Assembly: GCA_030427205.1 (NCBI GenBank)
Contig: JAUHXC010000043.1
Coordinates: forward strand, 6,456-70,455
Reading direction: 5' to 3'
DNA from: a bacterium
GTDB taxonomy: Bacteria; Myxococcota_A; Bradymonadia; UBA7976; UBA1532
DNA length: 64,000 nucleotides
Shown here: piece after piece, positions 23,370-32,188 of the stretch
Numbering within the stretch: position 1 is the first letter of the stretch
Layout of the letters: each line of letters starts with the position of its first letter
The notes under the pieces: generated by a model
The model's input: the letters and a program-made list of their open reading frames with translations, nothing else
Database searches by the model: none
Told to the model about the DNA's origin: nothing
Position numbers and translations under genes: made by a program

Positions 23370-24335
23370 TCACCACGCGCGGAAGCCCACGCCCCGGGGG
23401 CCCCAGCCCACGCCGACCTTGAGCAGCACCATCGGCGCATAGCGCGCGTCGGGCGCGTCGGCGCTGGCGTCGACGGCGAAGAGGCCGTCGCGGTCGAGCT
23501 CGACCTGATACATCGGCAGCTGCGCGTCGAGCTGCACGAAGGCGCGCATGGTGCTGGCCCGCAGCATCTCGAAGCCGGCGCTGAGCACGCCGTGCATGCC
23601 GTTGTTGGCGTAGGTCCCGTCGATGGTATCGGCCGCGGTGCCGCTCCAGCCGAGGCCGACGCCGAAGTAGGGCGAGTGGTTCGCCTCTTCGTCGGCGTAC
23701 CAGAAGCCGGCGATGCCGATGCCGCCGCTGACGAACGACTCGTCGACGTCCTCGCCCGCGGCGGTGGTCTCCTGCGCGCTGGCGAAGGTGAGGCCCATGT
23801 TGACCTCGAGGCCGAACATGTCGAGCTCGTAGCGCCAGCCGCCGGTGAGGTGCAGCGGCACCGTATTCGGGGTGAGGCCCATCGCGTAGGCCGGGCCGAG
23901 CCCGAACCAGTAGATCGAGTCGGCGGTCATGCGCTTGGGGTTCTGCTGCCGGCTGGTGACGTTGTTGCGCCCCACCGCGTCGCCCATCGGGACGCCCTCG
24001 ATGAGCGACTTGGCCATTTGCTGGTAGAGGTCGCCGAGCTCGTCGACCTTGACCGCCTTGGCGTCGCGCTGGCCCTTGGGGCCGGTCAGCGTCACGAAGA
24101 TGCTGTCGCCGAGCTTGCTGTTGGTGAGTGTGTACTGATTTTCACAGGGTGAATCGACGACCTCGGCGCCGGCCTTGCTGAAGGCGGCCCGGGCGACGGT
24201 GAGGGCGCCGCGGCGGTCGGCCTCTTCGAGGCTGTCGGCCTTCTCGTCGATCTGCACGCAGACGCTCTCGGCGCCTGCCAGAGCAGGCACCGAGAGCAGC
24301 GCGGCGAGGGCGGTCAGTGAGGGGATGCGGTTCAT
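23370..24335 (-). CDS. secreted beta-rich protein, outer-membrane-protein-like
   Basis: 321 aa. Signal peptide MNRIPSLTALAALLSVPALAGA and RBS GGAGAA. The C-terminal two thirds alternate Gly/aromatic beta-strand-like segments and end in ...GVGFRAW (aromatic terminus). Confidence 0.8.
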   Translation of the reverse strand: MNRIPSLTALAALLSVPALAGAESVCVQIDEKADSLEEADRRGALTVARAAFSKAGAEVVDSPCENQYTLTNSKLGDSIFVTLTGPKGQRDAKAVKVDELGDLYQQMAKSLIEGVPMGDAVGRNNVTSRQQNPKRMTADSIYWFGLGPAYAMGLTPNTVPLHLTGGWRYELDMFGLEVNMGLTFASAQETTAAGEDVDESFVSGGIGIAGFWYADEEANHSPYFGVGLGWSGTAADTIDGTYANNGMHGVLSAGFEMLRASTMRAFVQLDAQLPMYQVELDRDGLFAVDASADAPDARYAPMVLLKVGVGWGPRGVGFRAW

Positions 24336-24432
24336 GTGGGTTCTCCGTGGGTTCGATGACTCGATCTAGGCCGAAGAGCCCAGGCGAGGCAAGGGATTAC
24401 GGGAGTCCACCGCTAGCACGGGGCGTGCCAGC

Positions 24433-25032
24433 TCAATATCGCTTGCGCCGCCAGCCCTGCTCGGCGACGGGCATCGCCTGGCGCCCGAGGGCGTAGGGCA
24501 GGAGCTTCGCGATGTTGCGCGCGTCGTCGATGCCCCGGTGGTGGGTGCCCTCGAGCGGCAGCCCGACCCGCATCAGCGCCCGGCCCATGCCGAACCGCTT
24601 GCGGGTGCCGAGCGCGTCGCTGAACGCCTGCTTGATGTTGAGGTGTTCGCCGAGAAACGACGGCTTGACCCCGTGCAGGCGGGCGTCCTGGCGGAACTGC
24701 CCCCGATCGTAGTTGCCCCACGAGCCGAAGATCGGAGGTCGCGTACCCCGATGCTCGGTGATGAACTGCTCCAATCGGCTCAGCGCCATGCGGAAGCCGG
24801 GCGCGTGCTCGACGTCGGCCTGGGTGATCGACGTCAGTCGGGTGCAGAACGGGGTCAGGCGCGGGTGGCGCACCGGCTTGATGAAGGTCTGGAACTCGGC
24901 GACCGGCTGCAGCGTCGGGCCGTCGACCCACACCGCGCCGATCTCGATGATCTCCATCTGGTCACGGGGCACGGCCCCCTGATCGTCGCAGGTCGCTTCG
25001 AGGTCGATGACCAGATAATCTCGATGGCTCAT
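24433..25032 (-). CDS. DEDDh 3'-5' exonuclease (ERI-1/KapD-like)
   Basis: This is the C-terminal 199 codons of track ORF 24433..25920. ATG 25032 is preceded by GAAGGAGG. Motifs are LVIDLEATC (Exo I), GSWGNYD (Exo II) and HHRGIDDARN (Exo III, H-x4-D). Confidence 0.9.
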   Translation of the reverse strand: MSHRDYLVIDLEATCDDQGAVPRDQMEIIEIGAVWVDGPTLQPVAEFQTFIKPVRHPRLTPFCTRLTSITQADVEHAPGFRMALSRLEQFITEHRGTRPPIFGSWGNYDRGQFRQDARLHGVKPSFLGEHLNIKQAFSDALGTRKRFGMGRALMRVGLPLEGTHHRGIDDARNIAKLLPYALGRQAMPVAEQGWRRKRY

Positions 25033-25095
25033 GTTGGCCTCCTTCGATGAGTGGCCGGGTCCGCCCCGGCACGCAGCGAACCTAGTGGAGCGGTG

Positions 25096-26124
25096 ATGGC
25101 GGCGCCCGGACAGCAGACCGGACACGGCCCGGCGCACGCCGAGGCGGGCTACAGCTGGGGCGAGCTGGTCGACGATCTGGTGGCCCGCCGGGGCACGCTG
25201 GCGGCGGTGGCGCTGCACCTCGCCGAGCAGCGGGGCTTCGCCGAAGACGTCGAGAGCGTCGAGCGCGGCCTGCGGCGACTGCGGCGGCGCGGCACGGCCG
25301 ACGGCGGGGTCTGGGGCGAGCGGGTCGTGCGCTGCTTCGGCCTGCCCGGCGCCGTCGCCGATCGCATCCGCTGGATGGGGCAGTATCACACCCGCTTCAC
25401 CGATCTGCCCGCGAGCCTCGCCGAAGAGCTGGTTCAACCCTGGGACCGCCCGCCGGTCAGCACCAGCCCCGCGCGCATCTGGCTGTTGCTGGCCCGGATC
25501 GGCCTCGGGCTGCGTCAGCGGGCCGACGTCGAGGCGCTGCTGAGCCAGGCGGCCCTGCTCGAGCCGCGGGCCGAGGCCGCCGCCCGGATCGAGCTGGCGC
25601 TGGTGCAGGCCTACGCCTGGTCGCGCAGCGATCCACCGGCGGGGCTGGCCGCGCTGGCGCGCGCCGAAGCGTTGATGGCCGATCCGGCGATCGACGGCGC
25701 GCTGAGCGATGTCGACCGGGCGTGCCTCTTCGCCCGGCTGATGGACCATCGGGCCTACACCCTCAACCGGCCCCGCGCCGGCGCGCCCGACCGCCGCGGC
25801 GCGCTGGCGCTCTACGAACGGATCCCGCCCGACGGGCCGCTGTTCGCCCGCTGCCGCCGGGAGAACGGCCTGGGCTGGACGAAGCTCAAGCTGGGGGATC
25901 GGGCGGCGGCGGTGGCCCACGCCAACGCGAGCGTCGAGGCGGCGGGGGACGCCGGGTCGCTGCGCATGCGGGCGATGGCGCTCAACCTGCTGGCCGCGGC
26001 GAGTGAAGGGCCGGCGTCGGCGGCGGCGAAGGCGCGCGCCCGGGCGATCGCCGCCCGGCTCGAAGACGAGGCGCTGGCGCTGCGCTTCGATCGGCGCCGC
26101 CCGCGTCCGACGTCCGGGGACTGA
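25096..26124 (+). CDS. hypothetical helical-repeat (TPR-like) protein
   Basis: Track ORF 25051..26124. ATG 25096 is preferred (GGAG 5 nt upstream, and it leaves 63 bp for the divergent promoters). The protein is Ala/Leu/Arg-rich and all-alpha in appearance, with no catalytic motif recognised. Confidence 0.6.
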   Translation: MAAPGQQTGHGPAHAEAGYSWGELVDDLVARRGTLAAVALHLAEQRGFAEDVESVERGLRRLRRRGTADGGVWGERVVRCFGLPGAVADRIRWMGQYHTRFTDLPASLAEELVQPWDRPPVSTSPARIWLLLARIGLGLRQRADVEALLSQAALLEPRAEAAARIELALVQAYAWSRSDPPAGLAALARAEALMADPAIDGALSDVDRACLFARLMDHRAYTLNRPRAGAPDRRGALALYERIPPDGPLFARCRRENGLGWTKLKLGDRAAAVAHANASVEAAGDAGSLRMRAMALNLLAAASEGPASAAAKARARAIAARLEDEALALRFDRRRPRPTSGD

Positions 26125-26219
26125 GCCGGGCCCGCGCGGCGCCGACGGCCTTGCGCCGGGCGCTCGATCACGGCGACAACCGACAGACGCTCGGGAGAGC
26201 GCATCGACGAGGGGGCGAG

Positions 26220-27815
26220 ATGGCTTCGGATGGCTTCAGCGCGACGGAATGGCGGCGCATCTTCGCGCTGATGGAGACCCGCGGCGCCGAGTTCGGCCTG
26301 CCCGAGCGGCGCGCTGACTCGGTCGTGCTCGGCTCGTGGAACATCCGCAAGCTGGGCCCGGACAACCGCAGCGCCGAGACCTGGCGCTTCCTGCAGCAGA
26401 CGACCACGCAATTCGATCTGCTCGCGGTGCAGGAGGTCATGGACGATCTCGGCGGGCTGCGGCGGCTGCAGGGCAGCCTGGACGGCTACGGGGTGCTCTG
26501 CTCGGACATCACCGGCCAGACCCCCGGCGCATCGCGGGGCATGCCCGAGCGGCTGGCGTTTCTCTATCGCGAGGCGACGGTGGAGCGCACCGAGGTGGCC
26601 TCGGACATCTCGATCGACAAGACCGAGGTCGTGCAGACGCTCATCGAGCACCACCACGACTTCTTGCGGGCCTTCTTCGCCGCCGGCGAGCAATACGCCG
26701 AAGACAAGAACCGCTGGGAGCAATACCAGCGCTATCTCGTCGCCCGCGCGCAGCACGCCGAGCACGTCGAGCGGATCAGCGCCTTCAACGCCGCCGCCGA
26801 GAAGGCCGGCCTCGATCTGCCGCACCTGCCCCTGCCGCCCGAGCCGGTGCCGGTGCCGGCGGTGCGCGCGCCGCGCATCGAGTCGGTCGAGCTGCCGCGC
26901 TTCGTGACCTTCATCCGCCAGCCGCTGTGCGCCAGCTTCCGGGTGCGCGGCCCGTCCGCGGACGATGCCTATGCCTTCCTGGCGGTGAACGCACACCTGC
27001 TCTATGGGTCTGATCCCAACGAGCGCAAGTGGGAGTTCGACGCGCTGACCAACTGGCTGGTCAACCGCGCGTGTGTGCCCGAGCGCATGATGTATCGCGA
27101 TGTCATCCTCTTCGGCGATCTCAACCTCAGCAAGGCTGAGACCCCGGCCGGCCGGGTGCAGCTCTTCGACGAGATCAAGGCCCTCAACGGGCGGCTGCAG
27201 GCGCGGGACTCGGACGCGCGGGTGAACTTCCCGCTGCTCGACGGGCACCCCCGGCCGCCGCAGTACCTCGGCGATCGGGCGCGCCTCGACGCGCTCAACG
27301 ACGCCGAACGGGCCGCCCGGCTGGTCTCACAGGGCGCGTACTTCGCGCTGCGCGACCACCGCGACGCCCGGCCGAACAAGGGGCGCACCAAAGCCAGCCG
27401 CGCGGCCTATCAGGCCTGGGTCGACGAGCTGGCCCGGCTCGAGCGGGTCCACGGCGAATCCAACAGCGCCTGGCGCGCGACCCGCAGCGCGGTGGCCGAC
27501 GTCCGCCCCGTGCTGCGCACCAACGCGTCGTTGACCCAGACCTACGATCACATCGGGCTGGTCACCCATGATCGGCGCTTCCCGACCTATTGGGAGAACG
27601 CCGACGCGGGCTTGACGGCGGGCGGGTTCGACTATGGCGCATTCGACTTCGTGGGCCTCTTCGCCGAGGCCGTACTCGGCAAGCCGTGGAGCGCCCTGCG
27701 CTACAGCCAGCGCCGGTCCTTTGTCGATCGCTTCGAGCACGAGGTGAGCGATCACATCCCGGTCTGGATCCGGCTGCCGCGGCCGGACGGCCCGCCGACG
27801 TGGATGGCGCGCTGA
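26220..27815 (+). CDS. endonuclease/exonuclease/phosphatase (EEP, DNase I-fold) family protein with large insertions
   Basis: Track ORF 26151..27815, with the start at MASDGF (ATG 26220). EEP motifs appear in order: GSWNIRKL, DLLAVQEV, ILFGDLNL, YDHIG and EVSDHIPVW. There is no signal peptide. There are two long insertions (about aa 150-240 and 310-450). Confidence 0.85.
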   Translation: MASDGFSATEWRRIFALMETRGAEFGLPERRADSVVLGSWNIRKLGPDNRSAETWRFLQQTTTQFDLLAVQEVMDDLGGLRRLQGSLDGYGVLCSDITGQTPGASRGMPERLAFLYREATVERTEVASDISIDKTEVVQTLIEHHHDFLRAFFAAGEQYAEDKNRWEQYQRYLVARAQHAEHVERISAFNAAAEKAGLDLPHLPLPPEPVPVPAVRAPRIESVELPRFVTFIRQPLCASFRVRGPSADDAYAFLAVNAHLLYGSDPNERKWEFDALTNWLVNRACVPERMMYRDVILFGDLNLSKAETPAGRVQLFDEIKALNGRLQARDSDARVNFPLLDGHPRPPQYLGDRARLDALNDAERAARLVSQGAYFALRDHRDARPNKGRTKASRAAYQAWVDELARLERVHGESNSAWRATRSAVADVRPVLRTNASLTQTYDHIGLVTHDRRFPTYWENADAGLTAGGFDYGAFDFVGLFAEAVLGKPWSALRYSQRRSFVDRFEHEVSDHIPVWIRLPRPDGPPTWMAR

Positions 27816-27824
27816 CCGCGCGGG

Positions 27825-28985
27825 TCACTCCGGCGCGCAGAACGTGCGCTCGGTGTCATAGGCCTTGATGGCCAGCCGCAGGCCGATCTCGTCGGGGCCG
27901 ATGTCTTCCTCGTCGAGCCCCGTCCGCCGCATCGTATTGACCACCGCCGGGCCCGGGATCCACGAGCCGCCGCGCGCGATGCGCCCGCGGTCGGGGTCGT
28001 CGTCGAAGCGGGGCGGGGCGTCGAGGCGAGCGCGCACCGGGTCGACCGCGCCCGCCGCGGGGAAGGGGCCGCGGGCGTCGAAGACCCACTCGGCGACGTT
28101 GCCGAGCAGGTCGTGCATGTTCAGCGGGTGCTGGGCGCGCGCGTCGAGGGCGACCGGGCGTGGGCCGTCGCTGCACAGCCGGGCGACCTCGCCGAGCAGC
28201 GCGGCGTTGGCGTCGGCCGGATCGCAGTTGAGCGGCACGGCGTCGCAGCGCAGGTCGAGCGGATGGAAGATCGAGGCGCTGTCGAGCTGGGCGGCGTAGG
28301 CCCACTCGACCTCGGTGGGCAGGCGAAAGCCGGTGCACTCGAAGCACGGCTCGCCGCGCCCGTCCTCGTCGCCGGCGCACCAGGTGACCGAGCGGCAGCG
28401 GTAGTCGGCGTCCAGGGCGCGCCCGTCGGGATCGGGGCAGTCGAGCGCGTAGCACGGCTCGAGGCAGGCGGCTTCGCTGGCGAGGTTGGCGAAGACGACC
28501 GCCGCCGACCAGCTCAGGTCGTGCACCGGGCAGTCATCGCCGGCGCAGCCATCGTCGAGCCCGGGCGGCGTGGGATCGAGCCCGTGGAACCGCATCACCT
28601 CGGCCCACTGGCGGCGGGTGACCTCGGTGCGCATGAGCCCGAAGGCCTGGCTGATGCGGATCCGGCGGGCGGCGAAGTCCAGGGAGTCATCCCGGTTCTC
28701 GGCGGGGTCGACGATGAGTCGTCGGCAGTCCGCCGGGCGCCCGAAGCAGATCTCCTGGGGCTCGAAGGTGGTGAAGTCGACCCGCAGCGCGCCGAGCGGC
28801 ACCTCCAGCGACTCGACGCGTTGCTGCCAGCGCACGCTGCAGACGTCGGCTGCGACGGGCGCGCCGGCCTCGGGCAGCGCCGCGTCGAGCGGCGGCGGCG
28901 GGTCGGGCAGGGGGTCGAGGTCTTGCAGCCCGCAGCCGGCGAGCGGCAGCGCGGCGAGCATCAGGGCGAGGCGGATCGGTCGCAT
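27825..28985 (-). CDS. lipoprotein with FGE-sulfatase (SUMF1-like) domain
   Basis: This is the C-terminal 386 codons of track ORF 27825..29570, starting at MRPIRLALMLAALPLAGC (ATG 28985). FGE-like blocks are MRTEVTRRQW, FRLPTEVEWAYAA, MHDLLGNVAEWVFD and ARGGSW. Confidence 0.85.
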   Translation of the reverse strand: MRPIRLALMLAALPLAGCGLQDLDPLPDPPPPLDAALPEAGAPVAADVCSVRWQQRVESLEVPLGALRVDFTTFEPQEICFGRPADCRRLIVDPAENRDDSLDFAARRIRISQAFGLMRTEVTRRQWAEVMRFHGLDPTPPGLDDGCAGDDCPVHDLSWSAAVVFANLASEAACLEPCYALDCPDPDGRALDADYRCRSVTWCAGDEDGRGEPCFECTGFRLPTEVEWAYAAQLDSASIFHPLDLRCDAVPLNCDPADANAALLGEVARLCSDGPRPVALDARAQHPLNMHDLLGNVAEWVFDARGPFPAAGAVDPVRARLDAPPRFDDDPDRGRIARGGSWIPGPAVVNTMRRTGLDEEDIGPDEIGLRLAIKAYDTERTFCAPE

Positions 28986-29079
28986 GGCGTCTCCCGGGGC
29001 GTATCGAGCGGGTACACTGTCGTCATCGAGCACTGGCGCCCGGGTTGCAATCGCCGGGCCGTTGCCGCAGGGTCCGACC

Positions 29080-30420
29080 ATGCAAGAGACCCCCGATATC
29101 CGGCCGCCGCAGATCCGTGTCCGCAGTGAGATTGGCCCCCTGCGTGAGGTGGTGGTGCACCGCCCCGGCCCCGAGATCGCCCGGATGACCCAGCACGAGC
29201 TCGAGCGGCTCTTGTTCGACGATCTGCTCTCGCCGACCGAGACCGGCCGCGAGCACGACGTGATGACCGACGTGCTGCGCGGTGCCGGCGCCCGGGTGCA
29301 CGAAGTGCAGACCCTGCTCGAGCGGGCGCTGGGTCGCGCGCCGAAGGCCTCGCGCAGCGATCTGATCCAGCGGGTCTGCGCCTCGGCCGGCGCCCCCGCG
29401 CTGGCGCCGCTGCTCGCCGACTGGGCGCCCGAGCGGCTGGCCATGGGCCTGGTGGCCGGCGTCTTCTGGCACGAGCTCGACGCGCCGCCGCAGTCGCTCG
29501 GCCGGCTGCGGGCCCGGCTCTTCGACCCGACCGACATGGCGCTGCGGCCGGTGCCCAACCTGATGTTCATGCGCGATCCGGCGGCGGTGGTCGACGATCA
29601 GATCGTCGTCAATCGCATGGGTCGGCCGGCGCGGGCGCGGGAGGCGGTGCTCGTCGGCTTCGCGCTGCGCTGGGGGCTGCCGGGGGGCTATGGCCCGCGG
29701 CTGACCCCGCTGACCGAAGACGATCACTTCGGCAAGCGCAACTGCACCGTCGAGGGCGGCGATCTGCTGGTGATCTCGCCGTCGGTGGTGCTCGTCGGCT
29801 GCTCGGAGCGCACGTCGGCCCTGGGCATCGAGCGGCTGGCCCACGAGGTGCTCTTCCCCAACCAGCCGGACTTGAAGCGGGTCTACGCGGTGATGATGCC
29901 CGAGCGGCGCTCGATCATGCACCTCGATACGCTGCTGACCCAGGTCGACGAGACGCTCTTTCTGGGCCATGCCCCGCTGGTGGCCGGCGGCGTGGGTCAT
30001 CTGGGCCAGGCCCCGCTGCGTATGGCCCGGCTCGAGCGCGAGACCCCGCCGACGCTGGTCGAAGGCACGGTGCTCGACGTGCTGCGCGACGAGCTCGGCC
30101 CCGACGTCGAGCTGGTGCCCTGCGGCGGCGACGATCCGGTGCAGCAGGAGCGCGAGCAGTGGACCGACGGGGCCAACGCGGTGTGCCTCGGCCCGGGGCG
30201 CATCCTGCTCTACAGCCGCAACGTCGGCACGATCCAGGCGCTCGCCCGCCACGGCTTCGGCGAGGTGCGCTTGAGCGCGGTGCAGCCGGCGGACGAGCGG
30301 GCGGAGCTCATCGCCGAAGGCATGGCGCAGTCGCGGGTGGTCTTCGGCTTCACCGGCTCCGAGCTGTGCCGGGCCCGCGGCGGCGGGCGGTGTCTGACGA
30401 TGCCGCTGAACCGGGCCTGA
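29080..30420 (+). CDS. arcA: arginine deiminase family protein
   Basis: ATG 29080 lies within track ORF 28486..30420. It is colinear by eye with Pseudomonas ADI: LLFDDLL, PNLMFMRDP, VEGGDLLV, SIMHLDT, EREQWTDGANAVCL, and the catalytic Cys block RGGGRCLTMP. Confidence 0.85.
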   Translation: MQETPDIRPPQIRVRSEIGPLREVVVHRPGPEIARMTQHELERLLFDDLLSPTETGREHDVMTDVLRGAGARVHEVQTLLERALGRAPKASRSDLIQRVCASAGAPALAPLLADWAPERLAMGLVAGVFWHELDAPPQSLGRLRARLFDPTDMALRPVPNLMFMRDPAAVVDDQIVVNRMGRPARAREAVLVGFALRWGLPGGYGPRLTPLTEDDHFGKRNCTVEGGDLLVISPSVVLVGCSERTSALGIERLAHEVLFPNQPDLKRVYAVMMPERRSIMHLDTLLTQVDETLFLGHAPLVAGGVGHLGQAPLRMARLERETPPTLVEGTVLDVLRDELGPDVELVPCGGDDPVQQEREQWTDGANAVCLGPGRILLYSRNVGTIQALARHGFGEVRLSAVQPADERAELIAEGMAQSRVVFGFTGSELCRARGGGRCLTMPLNRA

Positions 30421-30430
30421 AGGCGCGCCG

Positions 30431-32104
30431 ATGAGCGATGCCCCCGAGCGGCTGGCGCCGGGCACCGTGCTCGATCTGGGTCGGCGCTATCGCATCGAGC
30501 GCTTCCTCGGCGCCGGCGGCTTCGCCGAGGTCTACAAGGCCGAAGAGATCGGCATCGGCCGGCTGGTCGCGCTCAAGCTGCTGGGGGTCGGGGCCCACGC
30601 CCGGGCGACGCACAAGCAGCGCTTCTTCCGCGAGGCCCAGGCGGCGGCGCGCATCCGTCATCGAGACGTCGTGACCATCCTCGAGCACGGGGTGGCGCCG
30701 GACGGGCGGCCGTTCATCGCCCAGGACTTTCTCGACGGCTACGACCTCGCCGAAGCGCTGCAGCGCCACGGCTCGCTGGCGCCCGATCGGGCCCTGCGGC
30801 TGTTCGTCGGCGCCTTCGACGCGCTGGCCGCAGCCCACGAGGCGGGGGTCGTGCACCGCGATCTCAAGCCGGCGAACCTGTTCCTCGACCAGCCCGACAG
30901 CCACCGCGAGCGGCTGGTGGTGCTCGACTTCGGCGTCGCCTTCCTGCACGAGCAGCTCGACGATCGGCTCACGGCGACCGGCGGCTTTCTGGGCACGCCG
31001 CGCTACATGGCGCCGGAGTACATCGAGCAGCGCACCGTCAGCCCGGCGATGGATGTCTATCAGCTCGCGCTGGTGCTGGTGGAGACCCTGAGCGGGCGGC
31101 CGGCGGTGGACGCCGAGAACGCCTATCAGAGCATGGTGGCCCACGTGAACGGGCAGCTGGTCGTGCCGCTGTGGCTCGAGGCCAGCGCGCTGGGACCCCT
31201 CCTGCGCGCCGCGCTGGATGTCGATCCGACCCGGCGGCCGGCGCCGGGCGAGCTCCGCGACGCCCTGGCCCGGATCGACGTCGCCGATGTGGCGCGCCCG
31301 GCCGTTGATCCCGGGCTGGCCGACGCCGAGACCGTCGACTCGGGCCGGCTGGGGGTGGCCGAGACCGCCGAGAGCGACGAGGCCGGGCCTTCGGGCGGGG
31401 TGCCGACGCTCGATCCCCAGTGGGTCGAGCTGGTGCCCGAGCGCCCGCGCACGCCGCCGCCGATCCCCTACGCCGCGTATCTGCGCGATCGGCCGGCGAC
31501 CGAGGCGCTGTCGCTGTCGCTCTTCGACCCGGAGGCCGCGGATGGCACCGCGCTGCCCGTTGCATTGCGCGAGGCGCTGCGCAAACAAGGGCCCGACGCG
31601 ACGGTCCGGGTCGAGCCGGCGGCGCCGAGTCGACGGCGGGGGTGGGCGGTGGCGGTCGCCGCGGCGCTCGTCGCGCTGGCCGGCGCGGTGGCGGCGCTGC
31701 AGTGGACCGAGGACGAGCGGGCGCCCGGCGACCGGGCGGCGATACCCACCGGGCAGGGTCCGGCGCCGTTTGATGGCGGGGCGGTCGATGTGATCGTCGA
31801 TGGCATGGATGGCATAGATGGCATCCGAGATGGCTCGACGAATGCCATCGACATGACATCGGATGCCGCCGTCGACGCCGCCGCGGGTTCGCGGAACGAG
31901 CGGATCCGGCGCAGCGCCCAGGCGCCACCGCGACGTGCCGAGCGCCCGGAGCGCCCGCCCGCCGGTGCCGCGCCCGCCTCTGCGGCTGCGCCCGCCGGAT
32001 CGGGGCTGGGCGCGCCGCCCGGCGACGCCGTGCCCACCGCCTCGGATCTGCTGCGCTGGCGCACCGGCCTGCCCGTCGAGCCGCCGCCCGCGCAGGATCC
32101 GTGA
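30431..32104 (+). CDS. Hanks-type Ser/Thr protein kinase, membrane-anchored
   Basis: 557 aa, 10 nt after the deiminase stop. Motifs are GAGGFAEVYKA, ALKLL, HRDLKPANLFL, DFGVA and TPRYMAPE. TM WAVAVAAALVALAGAVAAL. The tail is low-complexity. Confidence 0.9.
   Translation: MSDAPERLAPGTVLDLGRRYRIERFLGAGGFAEVYKAEEIGIGRLVALKLLGVGAHARATHKQRFFREAQAAARIRHRDVVTILEHGVAPDGRPFIAQDFLDGYDLAEALQRHGSLAPDRALRLFVGAFDALAAAHEAGVVHRDLKPANLFLDQPDSHRERLVVLDFGVAFLHEQLDDRLTATGGFLGTPRYMAPEYIEQRTVSPAMDVYQLALVLVETLSGRPAVDAENAYQSMVAHVNGQLVVPLWLEASALGPLLRAALDVDPTRRPAPGELRDALARIDVADVARPAVDPGLADAETVDSGRLGVAETAESDEAGPSGGVPTLDPQWVELVPERPRTPPPIPYAAYLRDRPATEALSLSLFDPEAADGTALPVALREALRKQGPDATVRVEPAAPSRRRGWAVAVAAALVALAGAVAALQWTEDERAPGDRAAIPTGQGPAPFDGGAVDVIVDGMDGIDGIRDGSTNAIDMTSDAAVDAAAGSRNERIRRSAQAPPRRAERPERPPAGAAPASAAAPAGSGLGAPPGDAVPTASDLLRWRTGLPVEPPPAQDP
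31799..31867. repeat. cluster of five ATGNCAT heptamers (3 x GATGGCAT at 9-bp period, then inverted copies)
   Basis: ATGGCAT at 31800, 31809 and 31818; ATGCCAT at 31842; ATGACAT at 31853. This is a local GC dip inside the kinase tail coding region. Confidence 0.5.
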
Positions 32105-32188
32105 GCGACGCGGCCGGGGATTCGTGACGCGATGCTCGCGGTCGGCCCATCACCTGAGCGATGATGGCGCCTTGTGGAGGACGACCCG

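Noticed and set aside
20581-23440. Minus-strand ORFs 20581..21969 and 21878..23440 antisense to the channel and PP-loop-like genes
   Set aside because: These are shadow ORFs. The plus-strand products have Rossmann/RCK motifs and a conserved-looking enzyme sequence with proper RBSs.
24433-25920. Full 495-aa reading of the ORF containing the exonuclease
   Set aside because: Only the last 199 codons (from ATG 25032 with a GAAGGAGG RBS) look like a DEDDh exonuclease. The upstream 296 codons are low-complexity and antisense to gene 25096..26124.
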